DNA of 63,700 bases, filler included, from Octopus bimaculoides (lineage: Eukaryota), in the NCBI RefSeq assembly GCF_001194135.2. It is 7 parts of 6 records of this genome, joined end to end, with 100 filler letters (N's around TTAATTAATTAA, not from the genome) between each part and the next. Parts side by side here need not be neighbours in the genome. Positions count along the whole stretch, not along the records: positions 29,755 to 44,101 come from NC_069001.1; positions 44,202 to 49,708 come from NC_069008.1; 5 more parts are not named here. One strand, given 5' to 3'. Under the pieces are notes generated by a model. It was not told the origin of the DNA. It saw only the letters and a program-made list of their open reading frames with translations, and made no database searches. How positions within the stretch are numbered: the stretch's first letter is position 1; every line of letters starts with the position of its first letter. Position numbers and translations under genes: made by a program. Of the stretch, positions 37,086 to 49,808 are shown piece after piece.

Positions 37086-37566
37086 AAAAAGGCACTAAGC
37101 AGTGTCTCATATTTTTGTTTGCCTACTCAGTTGTATCNNNNNNNNNNNNNNNNNNNNNNNNNNNNNNNNNNNNNNNNNNNNNNNNNNNNNNNNNNNNNNN
37201 NNNNNNNNNNNNNNNNNNNNNNNNNNNNNNNNNNNNNNNNNNNNNNNNNNNNNNNNNNNNNNNNNNNNNNNNNNNNNNNNNNNNNNNNNNNNNNNNNNNN
37301 NNNNNNNNNNNNNNNNNNNNNNNNNNNNNNNNNNNNNNNNNNNNNNNNNNNNNNNNNNNNNNNNNNNNNNNNNNNNNNNNNNNNNNNNNNNNNNNNNNNN
37401 NNNNNNNNNNNNNNNCACAAAATCCAAGCCTAGGGTAGTGCTGTGTGATTCATATAATTTCATGGACCGACATTACTGAATTGATCCTTATGATATTTGG
37501 GACTTAGATTCAATGCATAACGGCAGGTATAATTCAGTATGTTTGGTTTGAATTTGAGATAGCTTA

Positions 37567-37830
37567 AAGGAGGCAGAACCTCCATGAAAATTCATAAATT
37601 TTCGATGTTGATGAAATTTCAACCATAGGCAATTGACACACATCAAGAAGTATTCTCAAAGTTTCCATTTCTCATGAGGATTCTAAGACCCCCTAATGGG
37701 GGCCTTAACTCCCAAATTTTAGTAATTTTTTAATGATCCAAAACTAGATCAAAAGTACTAAATGGATCTTTATGAAATTTGGAAATTATATTCCATGCAT
37801 AAGGGCCATAACCCCCATCAAATTTCATAT
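37567..37830. mobile_element. Possible Kolobok-like terminal fragment
   Basis: Begins TTAA-AGGAGGCAG; no second end found. Confidence 0.3.
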
Positions 37831-37844
37831 CGACCACAGAACTT

Positions 37845-37944
37845 ATTCCTTGTAAGCGTATGTCGTTTTTGCCGAACCGCTAATTTACAGGGAGGTAAAC
37901 ACACCAACATCAGTTGTCAAACGATGGTGGTGGGGCAAACACAG

Positions 37945-37975
<31 letters not shown>

Positions 37976-38322
37976 TATACATATATATACACACATACAT
38001 ACATGTATATATATATATGGAAGTAAAGCCTTACGGCAGGGATACAAGATTTCACAGGCACAGGGAAGAATATAGATGTTGCACGGACAACGGCCGGACC
38101 AAGAAAGAAAGGTCAGGCTTGGCCGAACACCGGTATATATATATATATATATATATATATACGACGGGCTTCTTTCAGTTTCCGTCTACCAAACCCACTC
38201 ACAAGACTTTGCTTGGCCCGAGGCTATAGAAGACACTTGCTCAAGGTACCACGCAGTGGGACTGAATCCGGAACCATGTGGTTGGTAAGTAAGCTACTTA
38301 CCACACAGCCACTCCTGCGCCT
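37845..38322 (-). mobile_element. SINE family B with a 119-bp foreign insertion at 38016-38134
   Basis: Family B sequence on both sides of the inserted segment. Confidence 0.85.
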
Positions 38323-38333
38323 ACATACATACA

Positions 38334-38359
<26 letters not shown>

Positions 38360-38367
<8 letters not shown>

Positions 38368-39110
38368 AATACAAAATGGGACAAGAACGCAAAACATCCA
38401 GACAGTTAGGTGATACAAGGAAGGGACAACAAAACATCCAGATAGACGATACAAAGAAAACAAGGACGGGTCATTCGGAGTTTTCTTTCCTCAGTCGAGT
38501 TCCAGATTATCCTTGCAATTTTGGCTGGTTATACTCGAGATTTGTCCAATCTGGCCAGCCCCAAGGAAAAACTGAGCTAAGAGCATTAGATTCCTTGGGA
38601 GAAAGCAGCGAATGTATACGGAAACAAGGGTTGAAAAACGGAGAATGTTACACCAATACAAATACCAGGATATAACAATAGGTGTTATTCGACTAAGGAC
38701 GAATTAAATTAAGATGGCGTGTATGGAAGTAAAGCCTTACGGCAGGGATACAAGATTTCACAGGCACAGGGAAGAATATAGATGTTGCACGGACAACGGC
38801 CGGGCCAAGAAAGAAAAGTCAGGCTTGGCCGAACACTGGTCACGTGGGGAGAGAAGAGAGAGAGAGGTAGAGGCAGAAGGACAGAAGAAATAAGGAGGGG
38901 TGAGAAAAACTGACAGGGACACTGAAATGAAAAGAGAAGGGAAAGTGAGCATGAAGAGAAGGGCAGGAAATGTGAGAGAGGGGGAACGAAAGTACGAAGA
39001 GTGGAATGAACAAAATAAACGTGAAAGGACTGATAGAACGAAGGAAAGAATAAAAGAATAGAATCGTACAAGATTTAGATAAGTATATACTTACATATGA
39101 AACCAAAGTG
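38360..39110. repeat. Unclassified non-coding repeat, source of the 119-bp copy at 38016
   Basis: Internal aaaacatccaga duplication; start aaatacaaaatggga recurs at about 39145; purine-rich 3' part. Confidence 0.4.
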
Positions 39111-39559
39111 TACGTATGCCGCTATATATATATATATATGTAAAAATACAAAATGGGAGAAGTTATATATATAATATTTAATAATTAATAATTTTATGAA
39201 AAAAAAAACTGTACAGTTACTCACCAATAATGAATGATATTGATTTAAGATGACGATGATGAAAATAATGAAGGTAATGACTGCACAGCATAGAAGATTT
39301 AAAGCTCTTCAGGTGACGCCTCTTCTTCAGGTGTTTTAAGGGCTGTCGTATCTTCGTGCAAGGCTTTCTTTGTGGGTTTGAGGAACATTGTGATGGGAAG
39401 TTTCTTCATGGTAGTGAGGAGAGTTTTATATGTCTGCATGGAAGCATCGATGGCATTTTTCAATTGGAGAGACCGAACCATATAGGGATCCCATGCTTCC
39501 CTTGCAATTCCTATGTTGTCCTTAAAAGGTCGGACAGACGTTCGATTGCTAGGCTCGAT

Positions 39560-40091
39560 GACTGACTGCATTGTCGCCATGAAGAAGCCAATTCTTCACG
39601 CTTCACATATCTGGCTGCTTTCGCCGAATGTCCTCCCTCAAATGCTTCAATACGTTGTTGATTGTCCTCCGACGATCTTCATGCACAAGCTGATGAATTT
39701 TCTTCACATTTCCAGATCGCTCATCGTCTTGCAGGGACGTATTTCCATTTTTAGAGCACCCGTTCCACTCGAAACATTGCGTATGACTCATTGCCTCGTC
39801 ACCGTAAGCTTACCGAAGCATTCTCATTGTCTCTGAAACAGATTTTCCAAGTTTAACGCAAAATTTCACTTTAGTTCTTTGTTCCATCTTCCTGTCCATC
39901 ACAAAAATTGCAGACTACAGCATACACGTGATAACAAAAACACAAATTTCACAAATTGCGGAGTAAACAGTGATGTCACTCGGCACACCGCCTCATAAAG
40001 TCACTGCTAGCTCTTATTGCGCATGCAACCGTGTGCTGCTATATGTTGGCGCGCTACAGAACTAGTTCGAGAACTTTTTGATACCGCCTCG
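39560..40091 (-). mobile_element. Internally deleted mariner element
   Basis: AYGDEAMSHTQCFEW...DDERSG...LVHEDRRRTI...LREDIRRKQPDM..NWLLHGDNA; TIR TA-cgaggcggtatcaaaaagttc at 40091. Confidence 0.85.
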
Positions 40092-40198
40092 TATTTTACC
40101 TGCAGAGAGCATAAGAAGTATTTCGCCTGGTTTAATATACCCTATTAACCCCTCTATATATATGTGTATGTGTGGGTGTACATATGTATGTTTCTATT

Positions 40199-40199
<1 letters not shown>

Positions 40200-40266
<67 letters not shown>
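40200..40266. repeat. (TG)n microsatellite
   Basis: Direct reading. Confidence 0.98.
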
Positions 40267-40270
<4 letters not shown>

Positions 40271-40672
40271 GATAAATAGATATATGCATATGTACATATG
40301 TATACACTCATATACATACACGCATATACATATATATTCAGTAGTACTTATTATTTTGAATATAATTAATAAGAACTGTCGGAACGGTAGATTGACAGAA
40401 TTGTTTGAGTGTTATATAAAACAGCAAACAGAATATTTTCTAGTGATTTCTTTATAACAGCAAAAGTTTCTAGCAGCACAAACTGAACAGGGTATCCATT
40501 ACTGAGGAACTTTAATTAAGCCGAAACACCAGTATCAGAAACTTCGCTTATGCCATTTGGAAAAGTTGTTCTCTGAAATAGAGTCCTGCAGCTTTCGTTG
40601 TTCTATATTTGTATATTCATTATAAAGGATGTAGAAATAGTTATTTCAGTCAACATTACGATTACGTGCACA

Positions 40673-40716
<44 letters not shown>

Positions 40717-41631
40717 CGTACACACAGACACACACACACACGCACACGTACAGAGTAGAAACTTACATGAATCTGAATATGTATGTAAGTATAAATGTAA
40801 TCGTTTCAGTGAGAAAATTATGTTTAAACCATCGAATATTTCTACTCGTTCAAAAGTTTCTAGTTTTAAAATGTTGATATGAAGTTTACTTGTGTTTCCT
40901 GCAAAAAGAGTCGAGTTAAGAATTTAGGTTTAATAACGTGTCCTTTGTTAACTTAGGATTTTATATTTCTCTAAAACGCTGAAATGGTTTTCTATTGCAG
41001 CGGATAAATATGGCTAACGCAAAATGTTAAACTGTGTGCGAGAGTTCTTCAGTTGCCAGATTTTTGCCGATACTCTAGTAGATTTCCTATCATTATATCT
41101 CAATTAAAAGTTGTGTTTATGGTCCCTTTTTTAATGGATTCGTAGTTAAGCCTACAATGATAGAGAAAAATAATCAATATTCATAGTAACCTTATAAACC
41201 AGTTCTGTGATTAGATGATACTCTCTGAGAGGATGTTATTTGCTATTAGTGCTATTCTTATTAAACGAGGGATCCGTATCGCTTTGTTGATTACTTCATA
41301 AATAAGCTACTATGTAAAACTGTATCTTGCTCCATGCAAAACTTTGATCATACTTCTATTAAATAGTTTGTTAGTATTTGTGATAATTGGTTAGTTATTT
41401 GTCTGAAAGATGAAAAATGTCGTGTTATTAAAGCGGAATCTTAGAGATCGAGGAATGCGTTATGCCAGTTAACTAATCTCAGCATTGAGGCCTTCATTCG
41501 CTATATCTTTAATGCACATCATAAGTATGAAAACTATGACATACATACATGCGTACGTACAATCATACATACATAATACATACATACATACAAACATAAT
41601 ACATACATTCATACATACATACATACATACA

Positions 41632-41939
41632 TTTTTGGTGGCACTCCGTCGCTTACGACGTTGAGGGTTCCAGTAGATCCGATCAACGGAACAGCCTGCT
41701 CGTGAAATTAACGTGCAAGTGGCTGAGCACTCCACAGACACGTGTACCCTTAACGTAGTCTCGGAGTAAGTTGTGGTTAAAGGGTACAGCAGGGTTCGCC
41801 ACCATCCCCTGCCTGAGCCTCGTGGAGCTTTAGGTGTTTTCGCTCAATAAACACTCACAACGCCCGGTCTGGGAATCGAAACTGCGATCCTATGACCGCG
41901 AGTCCGCTGCCCTAATCACTGGGCCATTGCGCCTCCACA
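41632..41939 (-). mobile_element. SINE family C (internally deleted) inside a (TACA)n array
   Basis: Matches 59740-60129; (TACA)n on both flanks. Confidence 0.9.
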
Positions 41940-41989
41940 CATACATACATACATACATACATACATACATACATGCATATATACATAAG

Positions 41990-42960
41990 TGTCGAAGTGC
42001 ATCCCCTGACCAAGTTTGCATACATGAGGCTGATAACATCATAAGACCTGGAAGGCAGCTCCTTGAACAAAACTCTTTGCCTGATAACCTAGAATAATGC
42101 CCAAAGCAGTCGCACAACTCTACCGCAACATATCATCAGATGAAAGGGTGAGTTTATATGAGCAGAAGACTACGCATGGAAATGTTAGTAGAAAGCTCCG
42201 TGATGATAGTAACATCGATCATTAAAGCAGTTTATCATGGACGAATAGCCGGATTACAACCTCCCACTTTGAAGGGTATGCGTTGGCAATCTAGGAACAG
42301 GAAATATCAACCAAATGCCTGATGCACAAAAGGAATAGAGATGTAGGAAAAGCCGTAAAATGTGACAACCGATGCAAACTTTGTGGAGTGCACACTGAAG
42401 ATATCACCTACATCATAAGCAGTTGTTCGAAAATGTCATCACAGTATTATCTACCGATGAGACATGACGTTGTAGCTAGGACACTCTGTAATGAAATCCG
42501 TCGGAAGGATAATCCCGAGGACAAAGAAATAAAAAAGGAATACTAGGGGCATGTACCAGTGAAGACCTCAATAAAATGTAAGCACAACAGACCTGCTCTG
42601 GGATAGAGAAGAGAAACTGTGCACAGTTGTGGAAATTAACTGCCCAGTGGATGTTAACATACAGCTGAGGATCTGTGAGAAAGAGAACACCTATGCTGAA
42701 CTATTGAGAAATCTGCAGTTACTCTATCCAGATTACAAGTTCAGGTTTATACCTGTAATTATTGGGGCCCTGGGATATGTAACACACTGCCTAAATAATA
42801 ATCTTGAGAAATTAGGCTTCTCAGAACCAGAAAGAAGAAAGCTAATTCGAAGACTACAGATCCAATCCATCACTGGAACTGTAAAAATCTGTAAAACTTT
42901 CCAGAAGTTTATCATATAAATATATATGAGCATGTCTAGATATGTAATTACGTGAATATG
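41990..42960 (+). mobile_element. RLE-type (R4/Dong-like) LINE 3' end, (TACA)n-flanked family
   Basis: CCHC knuckle CKLCGVHTEDITYIISSC..RHDVVA; RLE region VEINCPVD...EKENTY...FIPVIIGALG; ends GTVKICKTFQKFII*. Confidence 0.88.
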
Positions 42961-43081
42961 AGAATACATACATAAAGCATAAAAATGTGCACAGACATAC
43001 ATACATGCATGCATACATACATACATACATACATACGTACATACATACATACATACATACATATATGCATACACAGACATA

Positions 43082-43400
43082 CGTAGTTTGCTGCCTAAAA
43101 ATGTGTACAAGATACTACCTTCCCATTAGACATGACATTGTTGCCAATTCGGTTTACAATGCTATATGCAAGAAGGATTGTCCTGACTGCCATACCAAAG
43201 GAACGCTCAAACTAGAAAGTATCTCCACCTTTTAAAGTAAACAATACTGATAGAACATTACAATAAAAACTGCAACCTGAATCTAGAATTCTTTGAATTC
43301 CCTTATAAAGAACTGAGCAGATTGATTCGCATTGTCCAGATACAATCGATTAAAGATACAGTGAAAATTTGTAAAACATTCCAGGGATTCTCTAAGGTGC
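43082..43400 (+). mobile_element. Second, internally deleted copy of the same RLE-LINE family
   Basis: YYLPIRHDIVANSVYN...IQSIKDTVKICKTFQGFS*. Confidence 0.75.
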
Positions 43401-44004
43401 CTCAGTGAATATAGGTACATACACAACAACTTATACTTATGGAATACAGATACACGCACGAACATAAACAGGAATGTGTCATATACACTTGTGTTCTATT
43501 GTGACATGTATAGTCACGAGTAAAAAATTATTCACAAGCACATACATGTGACAACACGCACACGTATATACATACATCAACTAATTCACAAACCCCAAGA
43601 GCTGTCTTGATTTAAACAAAAGGGCCTTGCCTCTTTATAGTGGCCGGTTTGAATTCTGCAAAGGAAAAAACTTAGAACAAATCCCAAATATACATACATG
43701 GCAATAAGAAACGCTGTGAACATAATTGGTATTTTCAAGCTTCATGTCATACACGTGCGTTCCTGCAAACCGATTGCCTCGATATTAACAGCAAAGGATA
43801 CAATATATATATACCATCCATACATATTATAGGTAGACAATGTAGCATGGCGGAAATAGATTGTTACAGAAGGTGAGGTAATAGGATAACGTTAAGAGAG
43901 GAAGATTAAGAAGAAAAGTTAGGAGAACAATAATGAACATAAATATACGCACACACATTTAGGAATACTCACATGCACTCGAATACCTTAGCTAACACAT
44001 GCAT

Positions 44005-44071
<67 letters not shown>

Positions 44072-44201
44072 CATACATATATATATATATACATATATAT
44101 ANNNNNNNNNNNNNNNNNNNNNNNNNNNNNNNNNNNNNNNNNNNNTTAATTAATTAANNNNNNNNNNNNNNNNNNNNNNNNNNNNNNNNNNNNNNNNNNN
44201 N

Positions 44202-44296
44202 TGTACCCTTATCAGACGGGTAGTCATGATGGGTATATTGGGCTTCGTATATTTTACCCCAGTGTCAATTTGATGGCATGCACTGCTCTCTCACTC

Positions 44297-44349
<53 letters not shown>
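44202..44349 (+). mobile_element. 3' end of the same (AAT)n-tailed element
   Basis: Reverse-complement match to 58357-58450, followed by about 18 AAT units. Confidence 0.75.
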
Positions 44350-44370
<21 letters not shown>

Positions 44371-46160
44371 GTTCTCCCACAATATTCTGAAGTTAATACA
44401 AAACTCAATGACAATGTGACGAACTGAACTCACAGCATGGGGAGTTAAGCTGAGAGAGGTAAATATCAAAAGGGGAATCTTTCAAGGGGACAGTCTGTCG
44501 CCTCTCTTATTTGTTCTTTTGCATATTACCACTAACGAGCGTTTTCAGAAAGATGCATGTGGGGTACATGCTAGGCAGGGTGAAAGTAAACAACTTGTGG
44601 TTTATGGACGACCTAAAGCTATTCTGTAAGACCGAGAAAGAAATTGCGTTTGACGGCAACTGTGCAGATGATTAGCAAAGATATTGGCATGGAATTTGGG
44701 ATCGAGAATTGTGGTGTAATGATTCTCAAAAGGGGGAAAATCAATAAAAACCATGTTTCCAAAGGTGAATTATTCAAACCCCATGAGATCAAGCTGGAAA
44801 GTGGTGAAACTATAAAGGAAGTCAGAGAGGAAGGATATAAGCACCTGGGTATCAATGAAAGAGATAAAATGAATGAACACAGGATGAAAAAAAGAAGCAG
44901 GAAAGCGTACTTGAGGAGAACTCGGCTTGTGCTCCAATCGAAGCTAAACGGACGCTATAAGATTAGAGCAATTTACACGTGGGCGGTTGCTTTGATGAGA
45001 TATGGGCAGGAATAGTATCTTGGAAGAAGCATGAATTACAAGAGATAGACCGGAGAACACGTAAATTAATGAAATGAACGAGGAAATGCACCCCAAGAGT
45101 GATGTATCAAGATTGTATGGAGAAGGAGGACGGGGATTAGGGTGTGGTGAAGGTTGTGTAAGGAAAGAGGAGAATAACCTGGCTTGGTATGTTAAGGGGT
45201 TAAAGAAGAAATGATTGAAGCAGTAAAAATGCAAGGAACCTTAAAAGTGAACGAAGCCGTAGATCCAACACAATTTGAGAAATACCAGAGAGAGAACGGA
45301 TGAAGAAGATTTGGCAGGGCAAGAAAATGCAGTCAGTTTTTGGAGAATAAAGATGACACTTATTGGAACAAACACTTGGCAATGGCTGCAGGAAGGAGAT
45401 TTAAAAGGGCCCACTGAGGTATTAGTGTGCAGCACTCAAGAAGAAGCTCTCAGAACAAACTACTCCAAATATCACACTAATAAAAGCACTGACTCGCCAC
45501 AGTGTAGGATGTGCTCTGAGAAGGGAGAAAGTATAAACCGTATTGTTAGTGAATGCTGCAAGCTTGCACGACGTGAATGTAAGAAGAGACACGACAATGT
45601 GGCCAGATATGTCCACTGGCTGTTGTACGGTAAAGCAAACCACTTGAGAGCTGAACAATGGTAGGAACACAAGCTAGAGGGAGTAATGGAAAACGAAAAT
45701 TACAAAATACTCTGGGATTTTAACATGCAGTGCGACCAAGTCATAGAAGCGAGACGACCAGATATCATGCTCATCCATAAAGATGAAAAGGAAGTAAGAT
45801 AACAGATGTTGTAATACCAGGCGATTCGAGAATGAAATGTAAGGAAACAGAAAAGAGTGAGAAATACCAGCCACTGCGGGACGAGACAGGAAAGCTATGG
45901 GGCATGAGGAAAGTAATGGTGATACCGGTGGTAATTGGAGCATTAGGAGCAGTTACCAAGGGCTTTGAAAAACATATTAAGAATATTGGAGCTGCTGTCA
46001 GGTTCTAGGTGATCCAGAAGACAGCCTTGTTGGGTACAGATCGCATTCTAAGGAGAGTATTGTCTCTTTGAGTCACAGGAGAAGGCACTACTTGAAACCT
46101 TTGTGATTTGTTATTGCCTGCTTTCAAGTGAAGGACAACCGGTAATTAAGAACTATCCGA
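44350..46160 (+). mobile_element. 5'-truncated R4/Dong-like LINE (RT, zinc knuckle, RLE; many stops and frameshifts)
   Basis: RGIFQGDSLSPLLF, FMDDLKLF, CRMCSEKGESINRIVSEC..RHDNVA, RPDIML, VVIGALG, QKTALLGTDRILRRVL*; (AAT)n on the 5' side and (TAC)/(AAT)n on the 3' side. Confidence 0.92.
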
Positions 46161-46228
46161 GAGTCATTCATACTACTACTACTACTACTACTCCTACTAT
46201 TACTACTACTACTACTACTACTACTACT
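46161..46228. repeat. (TAC)n/(AAT)n microsatellite between LINE fragments
   Basis: Direct reading. Confidence 0.97.
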
Positions 46229-46660
46229 AACAATAATAATAATAATAGAGTGGATTCATTCCATGAAGTCCGAACTCCATCACTTGAAGGCTCCACGACA
46301 GGACCATGTGCGCATAACAACGGAAGATGTCGTTGCATATATATCAAAATTACCAAACTGGAAAGTGGCAGAACTAGACAGAATTTAAGGCTACTGGCTC
46401 AAGTGGTTTACGTCAACACACAAGAGAATTGCGTTGCAATTAGACAATTGCCTACAGAGCGGTGCAGTTCCAGAATGGATGGTAGAGGGAAGAACAATAT
46501 TGTTAATGAAAGATCGATCAAAGAGCAATGAGGTTGGCAATTACCGACCCATTGCTTGCCTTAGCATCCTATGGAAAGTATTAACAGGTATCCTCGCAGG
46601 GAAAATATAAACGTTCTTTTTAGGAAAACAATCTACTGCCAGTAGAACAAAAGGGATGTC
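46228..46660 (+). mobile_element. R4/Dong-like LINE fragment from upstream of the RT
   Basis: EWMVEGRTILLMKDRSKSNEVGNYRPIACLSILWKVLTGI in a + frame. Confidence 0.8.
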
Positions 46661-46699
46661 AAACTTTGTTTTTGCGTTTTCTTGCTCTATTTTTAAGTG

Positions 46700-46761
<62 letters not shown>

Positions 46762-46786
46762 GCATATATGAATATGAGGTGGTATA

Positions 46787-46849
46787 AAAAGGTTCCAGAG
46801 TTAGTTAAGTTTCATAAAAATAACTTAAACTTTTACCATTATCGCCTTC
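46787..46849 (+). mobile_element. Mariner-like terminus running into a gap
   Basis: tgaggtggtataaaaaggttcc resembles the TIR at 40091. Confidence 0.45.
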
Positions 46850-47590
46850 NNNNNNNNNNNNNNNNNNNNNNNNNNNNNNNNNNNNNNNNNNNNNNNNNNN
46901 NNNNNNNNNNNNNNNNNNNNNNNNNNNNNNNNNNNNNNNNNNNNNNNNNNNNNNNNNNNNNNNNNNNNNNNNNNNNNNNNNNNNNNNNNNNNNNNNNNNN
47001 NNNNNNNNNNNNNNNNNNNNNNNNNNNNNNNNNNNNNNNNNNNNNNNNNNNNNNNNNNNNNNNNNNNNNNNNNNNNNNNNNNNNNNNNNNNNNNNNNNNN
47101 NNNNNNNNNNNNNNNNNNNNNNNNNNNNNNNNNNNNNNNNNNNNNNNNNNNNNNNNNNNNNNNNNNNNNNNNNNNNNNNNNNNNNNNNNNNNNNNNNNNN
47201 NNNNNNNNNNNNNNNNNNNNNNNNNNNNNNNNNNNNNNNNNNNNNNNNNNNNNNNNNNNNNNNNNNNNNNNNNNNNNNNNNNNNNNNNNNNNNNNNNNNN
47301 NNNNNNNNNNNNNNNNNNNNNNNNNNNNNNNNNNNNNNNNNNNNNNNNNNNNNNNNNNNNNNNNNNNNNNNNNNNNNNNNNNNNNNNNNNNNNNNNNNNN
47401 NNNNNNNNNNNNNNNNNNNNNNNNNNNNNNNNNNNNNNNNNNNNNNNNNNNNNNNNNNNNNNNNNNNNNNNNNNNNNNNNNNNNNNNNNNNNNNNNNNNN
47501 NNNNNNNNNNNNNNNNNNNNNNNNNNNNNNNNNNNNNNNNNNNNNNNNNNNNNNNNNNNNNNNNNNNNNNNNNNNNNNNNNNNNNNNNNN

Positions 47591-47637
<47 letters not shown>

Positions 47638-48064
47638 AAGTATGTTAGCCATGATATTGGTTGCATAAGAGAAAAGTATTTAAGACTATTCTCTTAATGT
47701 TCAAACGATTATTTGTGAATGTTACAGGTCGATATAATATCCTCCAATAGTGATGAATAAAGCGTTCGTTTCTCGATATCAGATCAATATTGTTTTGTAA
47801 TCGTTCTTATATCTGCTTGTCTCTCTGTTACGTATTCATTATAGCAAAAACGCTCGTATTATGTTTAGGTCAGTAAATAACAGAAACAAACGAGATGCTT
47901 CTCAATGGGAATCAATCCACAACAGCGGCAACAGTGACCACGACGATAAAAATATGTCCAGTCTGTTAAGAATATCAATATTTTATTGAAACTCCGAGGT
48001 TATAGAGTGCAAGGGTTATTGTTGTTGTTGTCATCATTAGTGGTGATGACGGGAGTATATGTTA

Positions 48065-48280
48065 TTTCTATCTTTTATCTTTTACATATTTCAGTCATTG
48101 GACTGTGGCCATGCTGGGGCACTGCTTAGAAGAATTCATAATCCAACAAGACGTCCTCAATACTTATTTTTAAAGCCTTGCATTTATTCTATCTGTCTCT
48201 TTTTGTCGAATTACTCAGTTGCAGGGACGTAAGATTACAATTATTGGTTGTCAAGCTGTAGTGGGGGACAAACACTAAGA
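48065..48280 (-). mobile_element. SINE family B, 3' part
   Basis: ttcagtcattggactgtggccatgctgggg...ttgtcaagctgtagtgggggacaaacac. Confidence 0.75.
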
Positions 48281-48300
48281 CNNNNNNNNNNCACACAAAT

Positions 48301-48534
48301 CAAGGCGGTGAGCTGGCAGAAACGTTAGCACGCCGGGGGAAATGTTTAGCGGTATTTCGTTTGCCGGTACGTTCTGAGTTCAAATTTCGCCGAGGTCGAC
48401 TTTGCCTTTCATCCTTTCGGGGTCGATTAAATAAGTACTAGTTACGCACTGGTGTCGATATAATCGACTTAATCCGTTTGTCTGTCCTTGTTTGTCCCCT
48501 CTGTGTGTAGCCCCTTGTGGGTAGTAAAGAAATA
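48301..48534 (+). mobile_element. SINE family A
   Basis: Close match to 24249-24485 including the tgtccttgtttgtcccctctgtgt tail. Confidence 0.9.
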
Positions 48535-49808
48535 ACACACATAAATCTATATATGCATATACATGTATAGATATACTTCTGTATATATATAAAAATGTGT
48601 GTGTGTGCGCGCATGTCCCTTATGCATTCGAAAACTGACTTGTCGATTTTGACGTATGGGGTATCAAAAGATTCAGTAATCTTTGGTCGACCAAATAAAC
48701 TTTATTTTCATTTACATATTTTCTACGTTATCTCAAGAAGTTATAGTTATTTGAAATACACTGCTCTACAATGACCAAATTTCATTAGAAAATGAAAATA
48801 GCTTCACACTTTCAATTTGAACCAAAATTACAAAGTGTTGCATTACGAGAGTGATGATGTGTGAATAATGAAAGTAATTTTTTTCTGAATTAGTCACATC
48901 TGTACTATGATAAAGAAAGAGGCTTATCATCTATCTCTCTATATATAAAGGCTACCGAATAAACTATGTTTTTGACACAACACTTTTACTACTAAAATAA
49001 CATCGGAAACGAGGTCTGGTCACACAATTTTGAGGTCATTTTCGAGCAATATTTCGATTTGCTTCTAGTGTATCAGTTTCGTCGGATGTTTCACGTAGAA
49101 TTTTACTCAGCTAAACATTTATGAAAATATACATATAAATATTGGATTAAAATAAGCAACAACCCCCACCAAAAATGCATTGAAAGGCATCCATTTCTCT
49201 ATGTCATTCACACACTCTTTCTCTCTCTCTCTCTCTCTCAAATGCACAAGCACACGTACACATATAAAAAAGATGTATGCATATGTATTTATGTACGTGT
49301 ACATGAAAGATAATGTGTGTGTGTGTGAGAGAGAGAAAGAGAGAGCGAGTAAGTTCCACTTACACATACATGCAAAAAATACATACATGACAACACACAC
49401 CTTCACTCACCCATCACCCACTCACTCACTCACTCACTCACTCACTCTCTCACTCTCTCACTCTCTCTCTCGCACGCACACGCACACACGCACACACATA
49501 CACACACACACACACACACATACACACACACACACACACACATACACACACACGGTAAAACTTCTGTACGAATTATGTTAATCGTTGCTGTGTGCACACA
49601 CAAAAAATACAGCTCAAATCCAACTGAAATGACCTTTTTCTGTTCTATAATTTGCGTTTGTGATGAGCGTATTTAAAAACTTTCGATATAAACTTAAAAG
49701 TAAGTTTTNNNNNNNNNNNNNNNNNNNNNNNNNNNNNNNNNNNNNNNNNNNNTTAATTAATTAANNNNNNNNNNNNNNNNNNNNNNNNNNNNNNNNNNNN
49801 NNNNNNNN

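Noticed and set aside
38461-38500. Minus-strand CUGAGGA...CUCC-GAAU..GUC hammerhead-like motif
   Set aside because: GAAA is incomplete and stems I and II do not pair; too degenerate to call.
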